From contig OZ024743.1 in the NCBI GenBank assembly GCA_964016885.1, positions 184,884,001-184,948,000 of the forward strand: a stretch of 64,000 bases of DNA. Reading direction: 5' to 3'. The notes below the pieces were generated by a model. The model worked only from the letters and a program-made list of their open reading frames with translations, was not told the origin of the DNA and ran no database searches. The position numbers were made by a program, and so were the translations under genes. Of this stretch, positions 12,704-24,875 are shown piece by piece. Each line of letters opens with the position of its first letter. Within the stretch, counting starts at the first letter, position 1. The DNA comes from Eledone cirrhosa. Its lineage: Eukaryota.

Positions 12704-14753
12704 GTGATACAGATTTCCAGTTTTGTCCGAGTGGACATGGATTTTTTTAGATTCAACAAAACACACAACATAGTGAATAGACTTAATATTGAAGATAGAA
12801 CTGAACCTTTGGCACTGAAAAGACCACATTTCAACCTGAAAGATCATAAATCTAACTTTAACTCTAATCCTTCTATAAGGCTTATATGCCCTTCCAAATC
12901 TGATATTGGAATCATTAGTAAAAAAATTTTAGATAGAGTCATCCCACAACTAAGAAAACATGTTAATTTACCACTCTGGGAAAACACATCCCAGGTAATT
13001 AACTGGTTTAATAATATTAGAAATAGATCCTCTGCTTCATTTCTACAATTTGATATAGATAATTATTATTCTTCTATATCACCTATACTCCTGAACAAAG
13101 CCTTGATATTTGCTAAAAATAGATCTAACTTAACTTTGGATGACATTAATATTATTACACATGCCAGACTAACACTATTGGAATTTCAAAATGAATACTG
13201 GACCAGAAACACATATAGTAATCTATTCGATATTACTATGGGCTCAAGTGATTCTGCCCAAATTACTGATCTTGTGGGCCTCTTTCTTCTTTTCAACATA
13301 AATGCTTCCTTTCCCCACCTTAAAGGTGGTTTATATCGTGACGACTGTCTTCTTCTTTCCAATAACCTTAGCCTTTCAGAGATAGAAAAAAATAAAAAGC
13401 TTATTAGAACTTTCCTTAAAGACTATTATAGTCTAGATATTACATTTGAAAACACAAGTAAAGTAGTTAATTTCCTTGATATAACATTAGACTTATCTAC
13501 GGGTATCTACCAACCTTACCATAAACCTAACCCAAATTTACACTACATACACTCACAATCTAATCACCCTAAATCTATCCTTAAAAACCTTGCATATAAT
13601 ATATCACTTAGAATTTCTAACCTTTCGTCTAACCAGGATGTATTTGATAAAAATGCAACCTTTTATAATGAAGCTCTAGCTAGAAGTGGCCACAAAAATA
13701 AATTAGTATATATACCTTGTACCAAAAACACTACAAACACACAACCTACTATTACCAACAAACACCAAATGAAACATACACACCTAAATGCCACTCACAC
13801 TATACCCCAAAATACCAACATAAAACCAAATTTCTCTAACTCTTCTAATATACAATATAGTAACTCTCAAAAAACCACTCATCCTACAACTCTAATAAAT
13901 GGTAATAATAAAACTCCTAATAAACAAGCTAAAACACCTAAATCAATAAATCTAACTAAAAATGTGTGTGGTGAAGTCATTAACAATAATTCTCTTAATA
14001 AACATCAGGATACATCCTATAAAAACAATAAACAACATCGAAACCGTAATAGACGAGTTACTTGGTATAATGCTCCATTTAATTTACAAATTAAGGATAA
14101 TATACCTAAAAAATTCTTTAATATCCTAGAGAAGAACTTCCCGCCAAACCACAAATACCATCAAATTTTAAATAGATCAACGGTTAAATTCTCCTACTCA
14201 ACAACCAAAAACATAAAACAAAATATAAGTGCCTACAATGCATATAAATTTAAAAAAAACCATGAGTATACCACCAGTACATCAAACTAACCATAATATC
14301 TCCTCGGATACAGGATTCACAAAAAGTTGTAACTGTAGAAACAAGGCAAACTGCCCATTAAAAGGTAATTGCCTTGTTAATAACATAGTATATAAATGTA
14401 AAGTTAACACTAAAGACTCAATTTATTCATATATAGGAGCTACCTCTAACAAATTTAAGGTAAGATTTAATACCCACAAACATAGCTTTAAAAATGCCGC
14501 ACTAGCTAATACAACATCTCTAGCTGAAATAATCAATAATTATAGAAAGAGGAATATAGATTATGACCTGACCTGGAGTGTGCTCAAAAGGGCCACCCCT
14601 TATCAAAATAATAGATATGAATGTAGATTATGTTCCCAAGAACTTTTTGAAATAATGAAATCTAAGGATATCCTATTAAATAAGCGACAGGAATTAATAA
14701 TATCGTGTAATCACAAACTGAGAAAAACCTTTAAATATTATAAACCTAATTAA
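12704..14753 (+). pseudogene. Right-arm PLE ORF split by a 1-bp homopolymer frameshift (528 aa + 174 aa)
   Basis: Same protein as 10431-12479 except A8 at 14252-14259 versus A7 (T7 at 10925-10931) in the left arm. This could be a sequencing error. Confidence 0.85.
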
Positions 14754-15358
14754 TATACATCTTAGAGATTAATATATAAACTGTTTTTAATTTAGTTAAC
14801 CTATAATTAATATTCTACTACTGATGAACTACATAATTTTACTTTCCTTCTTACAACTATCATTTCCTAAAACTGATACCATTAAGTAAACATTTATAAT
14901 GCTTTAATTTCAGGTTATGTCTCTATGTTCCTTGAAATCTCTATATATTTATTATAAATTTAACTCCCCCCCCCCCCAATAATTATATTGTATGTATGTA
15001 TATGTGTATATATATTTGTATGTATGTGTGTATGTATATATATATATATATATATGTGTGTATGTATGTGTGTGTATATATGTGTATATATATATATATA
15101 TTATTTTTATATTCTCTTAATTTCCCCTCATCTTTAACAGCACTCTTCAACTACATCTAACCCTTATTTATCATATCTATATGCATTAGTATAATTTTAT
15201 CAATATAAATATACCCATCAATTAAATTAATTTATATTCTTTTCATGGATGTATTTTTTTCACTAACACTCTTATCGTAAAATTTTAGTCTCCTTAGATA
15301 TTTGCATTGGCATTACTATTTTATAACAGCAACTGTTCGTATACCTTTTACTGACCTG

Positions 15359-15812
15359 ACCTATTTTCACCCCTAAAATAACCTTCTCATTCTTCACACT
15401 CCATTCAAAACTGAAATCTACCTTCATCTACCCCTAAAATAAACTTCAATTACTACTATTTTACCATTTGGCCAATTATTAACTTTCTATTGGTTAATTC
15501 TAAACCTGTTACCAAACAGACAGACTATATCAAATCTTTGTTGGTTTTATTCAATGAACAAATAATTATTTCTGAGGTCAGCATACAACCTATTTTCATC
15601 CCTAAAATAATCTTTCATTCATAATATTCTTTTCCATCCAAAACTGAAATCTACCTTCCTCTACCCATAATTTAAGGTTCTTCTACTACTATATTACTAT
15701 CTTGACCTTCACAATCTTTCTATTGGTCAATTCAAAACCTGTTCCCAAACAGACCTATTGTATTAAATCTTTGTTTTTTTCAATAAACATATCATTATTT
15801 CTGAAGACAGCA
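15359..15812 (+). repeat. Diverged ~225-bp tandem duplication in the PLE 3' region (mirrored at ~9370-9825)
   Basis: Two units, each ACCTATTTTCA.CCCTAAAATAA...CAAAACTGAAATCTACCTTC...CCAAACAGAC...ATTATTTCTGA.G.CAGCATA. Confidence 0.85.
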
Positions 15813-15933
15813 TATATATGTGTAGGTATGTATATTCCCTCTAATAGTTTGTATAAATATTTTACATAGATCTATAGAATGTGCATACCAACACTAACAC
15901 ATATATATCCTAGAAACGATCGTAAAATGATGA
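15792..15933 (+). ncRNA. Type I hammerhead ribozyme with 105-nt stem II and palindromic stem III
   Basis: Stem I TCATTATTT/AAATGATGA; CTGAAGA at 15801-15807; stem II 15808-15912 (ATATATATGTGT/ACACATATATAT, GGTATG/CATACC); GAAA at 15913-15916; palindrome ACGATCGT; predicted GUA cleavage after 15924. Confidence 0.8.
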
Positions 15934-15982
15934 ATTTTTTTAATATAAGGAACTGTTTCTTTGTTTATTCATTACTTTATTA

Positions 15983-16050
<68 letters not shown>

Positions 16051-16067
16051 GCAAACACACACACACC

Positions 16068-16120
<53 letters not shown>

Positions 16121-16290
16121 GTAATATTGGGGTTTTCCAATATAGATACTGGTAAAGATGAGAGAAGCTCTATGCTATCCACTTTCCTTGATACAGCAGT
16201 AATTCAAAATCAGCTGCTCTACATTGAAACATGTAGAATTAAAATTATGTTTCAAGTATAACTTGGTTATTCTCTTTTTCTCTCTCTCTT

Positions 16291-16330
<40 letters not shown>

Positions 16331-16639
16331 CTATATATAAATAATGGTTTGTGTCAGAAAGAGCATCTAGCCATAGAAACCATGCCAAAAGGATTTGAGA
16401 GGACTCTTCAATCATGTCAAGGACACAACAACCGCTTTAATGCTAGTGCCACAATAAAATACACACGGCACAATCTATAAAGAACTAGAATGCATATAAG
16501 CGAGACATGCCCCCCCCCCCTCCCCCATCCCAGCCATTGCAGGGCAGTAGCTCTGATTAAGTATTGATTTCATCTGTAACAAGTCGTCCAGCCCATGCCA
16601 ACATTGAGATGCCGGCATAAAATGATGATAGATAGATAA

Positions 16640-16770
16640 ATAAGATAGACAGATAGATAAGATAGCTAGACAAAATAGACAAGACAGATAGATAAGATAG
16701 CTAGACAAAATAGACAAGACAGATAGATAAGATAGCTAGACAAAATAGACAAGACAGATAGATAAGACAG
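16640..16770 (+). repeat. ~35-bp GATA/GACA-derived minisatellite
   Basis: AGACAGATAGATAAGATAGCTAGACAAAATAGACA repeated about 3.5 times. Confidence 0.85.
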
Positions 16771-19384
16771 ATTGACAGATATTGCTACTTATTATTGATA
16801 AGAAGTTTGACAACCATGTAAAAACTTCTGAAGAATATGGAAGTTATTTTCTTGAAACATGAAGAACATGCAAAGATAAAGGTTCCAAAGCTCACAGTAT
16901 TAGGGTGGAAAGGTGACAGTGAAATTAAAAACATAATAAGAGACTAAATGCTTTTCTTTTTCTGTTTATATTTAGAGCGTAGTTTGCTGTGTAGGTGCTG
17001 AGATGTGGATTGACATGTCTCACATGTAGATCTAACAGAACCTAGATAGCATAAGGAACAGCAATTCCTCACCATCATCACTGTTTAATGTCTATTTTCA
17101 ATGCTTGCATGGGTTAGACAGGTCAAATAACTACATCTAGCTCGTACACTTCATTTTTCTTTTATTGATTTCTATGGCCGAATGCCCTTCCTATCACCGG
17201 CCACTTAACCGTGTGTACTCGGAGCATTTTATCATAACTCCAGCACTACTACCTTACAAGGTGGAATGGGAGCTTTTTTTTTTCGTGGTACTGGCATTAA
17301 CACCTTACAGTGTGGACCAGGTCCCTTTTATTGTGGTACCATCACTACCAACTTACAAGGTTGACTACGTGGCACCAGCATTACCTCATCATAACACTAG
17401 GGTACTTGGCATGTCAGGCTGGGGAAGAATTGATGGGAGAGGTGCACAAGGAACAGAGATTGCATTAACAGAATCAGTCACAATAAAATCAATACACAAA
17501 AGTACAACAGAACAGTGTTCAAAAGATATTTTACAAGATAATCAAGAATTTATATTATAATGGTTCCTGATTTAGGCACAAGGCCAAACATTTTTTGGGG
17601 AGGGGAAAGTCGATTAAATTGACTCCAGTAGTTACTGGTACTTTATTTTATCAACCCGTAAGGATGAAAGGCAAATCTAACCTTGGCAGGATTTTGTGCT
17701 ATCTGTCACATGTGAACACTATGACCTGTTAAAAACTCAAATTTTTATTTAAAAGACCAGAGGAGATGGATTGGGGGGGGGGGGTAAATGTTTACATACA
17801 GGCCAGAAATATATGTTCTTTGTCAACAGTGTTGTCTATCTGAGTGTCTTTATCTACCTATGAAGGAACATGGCCTAGTGGTTAGGGTTTGGGACTTATG
17901 ATTGTAATGTAGTGGGTTTGATTCTTGACTGAGTGATGGGTTGTGTTCTTGAGCAAAACACTTCAGTTCACATTGCTCTAGTTCATTCAGCTGAAAATGA
18001 GTATCAGAAACAGCTGGGATTTAATCCTGCAATGAATCGGTGTCCTGTTCAGTAGGGAGGCTTGTACTCTTAGTTGATTAATAGAAATGAAACCGAGATA
18101 AGCACTGGCCTGATAAACCCCTGGGCTTTGTACAGATTTTTTTCTATCTATCTATCTATCTATCTATCTATACATCTATACATCTCTCTCTCTCTCTCTT
18201 TCCATTCACAAAAAATATAGCCATCTTAAAGTTTGGTAAAGAAACCAAATAACATTTACTGTCTATAAAACAGACAGAATAAGTTGTATAGTATTCTAGA
18301 TAGTGAATGGAGCATCAGCTGTAATAACATCAATCTAAGTAAAATTAGTAAGGTAATGGTGTTCAAGAGATATTTTTTACAAGATAGTCAAAAATAATCA
18401 TAAAAATTATCAATTTTATCAGCCTGAGTAGGCATGACAGGACTATGAGCACTTTACCACTTTATTAATAAATGATAAATCAAAAAATATAAATATAATG
18501 TGCCCATGTATTTGTTAATGTCCCATAATTTAGCAGTTCAATAAAAAGAGGCAAATAAAATAAGTACTAGACTTGAAAAAAAAAGCAAGTACTGGAGTCT
18601 ATATGATTGACTAAAATCTTTAAAGGCAGTGCCCCAGCATGGCAGCAGTCTCATGACTGAAACCAATAAAAGAAAAAAAAAGCGAGATTGTGAAGCCCTT
18701 AGTCCCATTAGAGCAGCAAGTGAAGGATTGTCAGTGTGGTCACTTGGCATGCAGAAATAGTATGTTGAAAAATGTAGTCTAAGACAGATTATGTCTGAAT
18801 AAAAAATGGCTACGTTTTGAACACCTTTGAGTTTTAAGGCCATTTTCCATGCTAAAGTAAGAGTTATAAGCTTCATACTCATCATTGGGTCTTTACTGAG
18901 GCAATTCATCACACCAAACCTTTTAGTGGCCCTTTACAGACATGGATACAGTGTATCTATTCCAAACTGAATACAGCAGACTTGGCATTACTAAACCTAG
19001 GGTTTCTTTCAGTGGCATAGATTGGAGTGTGTGGACTGCAGAGGCTGGTCACTTTAAATACGTGTGTTAAGGAAAGGAGTGGGCAATTTGGCTACTACAC
19101 AGGGCAGCCAAAACCCATGCTACGCCACTGGTTTCTTTTTATAATTCAAAGTATAGTACATGTCATTAGTATAACTAAGGTTATAAAAGGAAACACACAG
19201 TATAGATATATTAATATATTGTTGTTTAGAAAAGTGAATGTTGCTTGTTTATCTTTCTCAACAAGATCCACATTGAGTAGAGAAGTGAACAAGTTTGAAA
19301 AATACATGGAGATAGGATAAACTTGATTGGTACATTGCAGTTAAGCATGTAAGGTGTTCAAATACCTACAGTTTTCATTGTAGA

Positions 19385-19955
19385 AATACTAATACTTTAT
19401 AGTGATATTTAAGGTATACAATACAATTATGACATTATAGGGATATTTAAGGTACATAATACTTATTACTTTATATGGATATTTAATGTGCTTTTCATTT
19501 TTATTTTTAAGGTATTTTCTGGCTGGGGGCCCTTCCTATCACCAACCACTTTACAGCATGGATTGGGTGCATTATTCGTGCTACCAGCACGAGAGAGGTT
19601 GTCTTATTGGACTCAAGAGTCTTTTCCACCCTATATCAGTTTTTATTTGGAGTCTCTTCTCTCCTAGACGGGTTGCGGAGTCCACGTTTCCCCCGTGTGG
19701 GCGTATTTAAACGTATGATATTATTACATTATATTGATATTTAAGGTATATAATACTTATTACTTTAAAGGGATATTTAAGGTATATAATATTATTACAT
19801 TATAGGGATATTTAAGCTAAATAATACCATTACTTTATAGGGATATTTAAGGAATATAATACTAACACAGGGATATTTATTGTATATAATATTAATACTT
19901 TATAGTGATATTTCGGGTAAATAATACTTATAGTTTATAGTGATATTTAGGGTTA
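19385..19955 (+). repeat. Degenerate ~32-bp minisatellite interrupted by an RTE-tail repeat fragment (~19515-19700)
   Basis: Repeated ATTACTTTATAGGGATATTTAAGGTATATAAT-like units. Confidence 0.8.
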
Positions 19956-20348
19956 TTATTTTACAAAAACACAGTTATAATACAATTAATATGTCATTAA
20001 ATGTTCTATTTAATAGCTTGAATGTTATGGGTTGGGCTTTTTTGAAAACATGTGAAAGAAGAAAAAACGAAAAAAAAACGAAGAAAAAAACGATGTTAAA
20101 TAAAACAAAAATGTTTACACATAAAAAAAATGAAAAAGCTGTAGTTGATTATTACTATAGCAATAATTATTAATATATTATTGTAGAGAAACCTTATGAT
20201 AGTTAAGTAGAAGTAATATTATATCCAAGATAGTCATGCAGTTTTAAAAGAAAGAGAAGCAGAGTAACAGAACTATAGCAAATCGCCGAACGCGATAGGT
20301 AGAAAGAAAGAGCTAGAGAGAGAGAGTAGGAAAAAGAAAAAAAATTAC

Positions 20349-20428
20349 CCACCAAACAAAAGCATGTATTCTTCCTCATCATTCATTGCACCTTTAAAAA
20401 ATCGAGAAGGTCTGTTTGGGAAATGCAT
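20349..20428 (-). CDS. Candidate first coding exon of a host gene (MHFPNRPSRFFKGAMNDEEEYMLLFG, phase-2 donor)
   Basis: ATG at 20428 is open to the donor GG|GTAATT at 20349/20348, in a non-repetitive block with a CCAAT and a GC box at ~20920-20985. Confidence 0.35.
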
Positions 20429-22284
20429 TGAAATTGATTGAAAAGTTTCAATATCTTGCAAAGGAGCGTTAAAAAAAACAACAGTTAGTTTTTTCCTTTA
20501 TGCCTAGGCACTGGTCTGCTTTTTTGTTTTGTTTTTCTGTTTTCAATGGTCCCCCCAAAATAAAAACTTTACTGGTTTGGGCTGACTGGCTGTTGACAAC
20601 TGCCAGTAGAGAAATGGGTATCTGGCTGAGGGTGGGTCGTGAAGCTGCAGAGGATAAAGGTATTCTTGTGTAGCGTATGCACTGGTCTGCAATTGTCTAA
20701 AGCTTCACAGCTGTGCTATTATTAGTCATCAAGTGGAATTGAGAATGGTCTTTTTGAAACTTTGAAATTTTCACTCAGAAAAAAAAAGTACAAACAAACA
20801 AAAACTGATAGTGTTTAACAAAAAAAAAAAAGACGCGAAAGAAACTTGAAGTCTTGTTGTTGACAGATTGAGAATAAATAAGAGAAGTGTGGCAGCGTAG
20901 AGTAATTAGCTCTGGTAGTCTGACCAATAACTATAAAGGGTGCAAAGAGTGGGGGAGGAGAAAGATGACTATCGGGGCGGGGTGCACAATAGAAGTGGGA
21001 CATTTACATCAACTAAAAAGGTCAGAATTAAAAGTAAATGACATTCAACTAACTATCTAGATTTATATATTTTATTCATAAACATTTATAATGAGCTGTC
21101 ATAAAAAGAAATAAAAGAAAAGACTAGAAATACTTAAGAAAAATAAGATTACAAAGAAAAAAAAAAGAAATTAGAGATTCAGTATTATATCAGAATTTTT
21201 ATTATTGTTATTTTTTTTTTTTTTAAATCAAGATATAAGGTGAATGTGGTTTTGAAATATCAAGTATCAGTTACCCAGCTAAGAAATACATGTCTAGGTT
21301 TGGGCTGGGGTAAAGTTAGTGAGTTTGGATGAGGACAAACTGAAGGTGATATAAACTTGTGAAATTTTAGAAGTTAAACAAGTAATATTACAGATATAAT
21401 TAATATTCTCTTTTTCTATTAACTGAAGAACAATGCAGGCAGTGTTAACTCTGAATACAGATAGGCTATTCATACAAATAGGTACTAGACACATGTTTAT
21501 AGAAAGTCAGTCTTTGAATAGTAACTTTCATAGTTTGCAATAAATAAATATATAAAATAAATTATAAATAAATAAATATATAAATGATTATTTGCAACTG
21601 ATTCTTTTTTTTATTAGGAATCCCTTTCACAAATTAAATAGATGGATCTAAATGGCATCATAATATAATATCAAGTTTTTTTAAAGGTTAATTTTCAGGG
21701 CCTATGACAATCTCCATGCTCATCATGGGGTCCATGTTTAGGCAATGTTTTATTAGCCAAATGCCTTTATTGGATCTTTCTTGATAACCCATTTAGTTGC
21801 CTCATATGTCATGCAGGAATTGGACATACCTACTCTAAACACACAGAATCACAGATATAGCTTTGTAAATCCATTGAATGTATCCACCCATGTGGAAATT
21901 TAAGTACCCTGCCCAAAAACATATCCAATAATAATAATTATCACTAGGAGTAGACCTAGACCAAATCCCTAATTTTTTGCTAAATGCACTTACAGGGATG
22001 CATAAAGAACTTGCTAATGAAATTATGTCTGTGTAGGTGTCATGACAAAAAGCACCCAGCCCACACAGTAAAGTGGTCATATAGGCATCACGACAAAAAG
22101 CACCCAGTACTCACTGTAAATGAGGTTGGCATTAGGAAAGGCATCCAGCTGTAGAAACCAAGCCAAAATCAGTTCTGTATGAGCAAGACATGGTCACCTG
22201 ACCTAGCATTGCTCAAAACAGGACAACTCATCTAACCCCTGCTAGTGTGGAAAATGGACGTAAAAAGGTGATGATGATACAAAA

Positions 22285-22547
22285 CTCAAATGAAACCCTG
22301 AACTGGTTGACAGAAGGCACAACATACCTTCTCCCCAAAAGAGCCAAAACAAAAACCAAAAAAACTATAGGCCAATAACATGACTCACTACAACTTACAA
22401 AATCCTGACATCTATACTAACTGAGTGGATATACAAATACCTTGATGAAAATGAAATCATTCCACAAGAACAAAAAGAAGGAAAGCAGAACTCATATGGA
22501 TGCAAAGATCAACTTTTAATTAATAAGATAATTCTAGAAAATTGTTG
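22285..22547 (+). mobile_element. R4/Dong-like non-LTR RT fragment
   Basis: Translates to WLTEGTTYLLPK...NYRPIT...YKILT...EQK...GCKDQLLINK. Confidence 0.7.
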
Positions 22548-23569
22548 ACACTTACATGCCTGTAGAGTTTATCTCAGACTGGCAACACTCCCAGGTAGCA
22601 CTGCCAGGCCAGGGATTTCTGGAAGTTATCCATAGGCCCTGGACTGAAAGTCCTGCAGCAGAGATTGGCTAGTTGATTAATAACTTTTAACTAAGGCATA
22701 TGCCTGCCCAGAAACATCGGAGGAAGGTACAGTTGATGAAATTGACCCATGCATTGTACTAATACTTATTTAATCACCCTGGAAGAATGTAAGGCAAAGT
22801 TAACCATGGCAATATTTAAACTCAGAATATAGAGATACATAAAATACAGCAAGGTATTTTATCCACTACTACTCCATGGATCACAGAACTGGAAATTTTT
22901 GTGTCCTGCTGTCACTTGTAATAGACATCTGTTCATAGGACAGACCATTCAAAATGGGTAATTTCCCATTCCACAACCACTTATTACCAACTGCATCTCA
23001 ATTCACCTTTTCCAGCACTGCTGTGTCTTTTGCCAAAGGCTGCAGCAGGCTGTTGAGATAGGCACTAAAGTCCATTACTGTTTCCTATTGAGCAAGCAGT
23101 TGAGCAAAATGCTGCTAGAAAGCAGCACATTTCTCTCCGGAATCAGGTAGCATGCACCCACTGTTGTTATTGTTACGGCTCACACCAATGTATGTTTAGC
23201 TGGCCTTATACAAGGTTGCATCTCACAGAAAGTTTCTCAGGTGTTTCAATAATAGGAGCCCCAATCCTATCATGAAAAAACTGCCCCCTGGATTGGATGT
23301 CAGTTCATTACAAGAATTAACCCCAGCCATTGGCATACTCATTTTTGCTGAGTGAACTGGATTAATCTGAAATAAAGCACCTTTCTTGGGTCAACCATGG
23401 ACACCACAACGTCCTATACTATCGTTCTGCTGACCTAACAAAACTCAATCTAGATCAGAAGGACCCAATCTGATTACACAATGTCTTGTCTGCACTGGTA
23501 CATTTGGGAGATTTAGTTGTTACCCCTCAAACAGTTGGAATTGTCTTAGAAGGTTTATTATCACTATGA

Positions 23570-23795
23570 GGGTGGTGGATTGGTAGTATCAGTAGAACGT
23601 CGGATAACATGCTTTGCGGCATAGAGTTACATCTCTTTATATTCCGAGTTCAAATCTCGCCAAGGTTAGCTTTGCCTTTCATTCTTACAGGGTTGATAAA
23701 ATAAAGCACCAGTAATGCACTGGGGTTGAATTAATCGACTTCCTCTCCCCAAATTGCTGGCTTTGTGCTTATAGTAGAAATCTTAGTATTATTAT
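23570..23795 (+). mobile_element. Nin-domain tRNA SINE
   Basis: A/B-box-like head, GCCTTTCATTCTTACAGGGTTGATAAAATAAAGCACCAG core and ATT tail. Confidence 0.8.
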
Positions 23796-23809
23796 CATGC
23801 AGCAGATGA

Positions 23810-24350
23810 CCAGATGTAAGCACTAAGAGCACATATGAAATAAGATTCTTCAATTGCCAGGGCGGTTCCCTAGAAGCTGTAGACAGCTATTGTCACCCAG
23901 GTGACTTTATAAGCAGTAGAGGAAGATGCTCTGAAAATGAGGTTGCCAGAGTAAAAACTAACAAGAAGTTTAGGAAACTAGTACCTCTTATTTTTAAGAG
24001 TTGAGAGTAGATAGTATGATGCTTGCATGTGAACTGCAATGCTACTTAACAGAGATGCCTGGGTCTTGACTGCAGAAGACCTGCAAAGGCTAGATAAAAT
24101 GAAGAGAATGTGCTCTGAAGGATGAGTAATGATAATTTGTATGAATGACACAGTATAAGCAAGTTGAGACTTTTGTATAAGAGGAATTTGGTGTTGTGTG
24201 CAAGAGAGAAGACATGATATGGACATGTGATGCATAAAGAAGATGACAACTGTATAAAGAAATGAATAGAAATTGCAGTGGATGGGACTTGTGGAAGAAG
24301 ACCTAGGCAGACATGGGATGAAGTAGTGAAGACCAACCTTAAGAAGCTCT
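23810..24350 (+). mobile_element. Old RTE 3' fragment
   Basis: Degenerate match to the C-terminus of the 356-2209 ORF (YDACM...GRRPRQTWDEVV). Confidence 0.75.
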
Positions 24351-24875
24351 TTGAACCCCATCCTATTTGTCATGCACCCATGACATTATACTTTCCCTCC
24401 CTCCACTTACTGTCGCTTACTCATGACATCATATTTATCATCCTTCCTACCTCGTCCATCCTATCCATCATCCCATAGGGTAGGGAGGGTTTTTCAGTTG
24501 AGTCAATGACCAACAGCAACCCTAGTGCCAGTGCCACAAAATGCACCCTGTACACACTGAAGTGATTTGTGTTAGTAGCTCCAGTCATTGAAACCATGTT
24601 AAAAAAGATTGAGAGGACTCTTTAGTCACAACACAACAAATTCCCTTGTGCTGGTGACTTGAAAAATGTAAGGTGGTTTGTGATATAAAATGCATTCAGC
24701 TAAAGAAATCATACCAAAATAAGATTGAGAGGACTCTTCATGCAATTCAAAAGCCCAGTCTTGACATATATTATGTCACACTGAATCTCTTTAAGAATTA
24801 TGTAACTTTCTCATTATTAAGCTGATATTTAGAGTATAACTTAAAGGTTCTTCATAAAATTATGATGGAGGATTT

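Larger units (their letters stand above)
12586..15988 (+). mobile_element. Penelope-like retroelement, right arm of giant palindrome
   Basis: Reverse complement of the left arm; ends in a long (TA)n at ~15986-16046. Confidence 0.92.

Noticed and set aside
12336-12847. Symmetric 105-aa and 79-89-aa ORFs at the palindrome centre as separate genes
   Set aside because: They are chimeras of antisense RT sequence and the inverted 5' ORF segment.
14229-14753. Separate GIY-YIG gene or programmed frameshift
   Set aside because: The mirror arm is in frame with one fewer A, so a homopolymer indel or sequencing error is the simpler explanation.
15961-16261. YI/IY- and CV-rich ORFs here and at 10.0, 51.2-51.9 and 60.7-61.1 kb
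   Set aside because: They are translations of (TA)n and (TG)n microsatellites.
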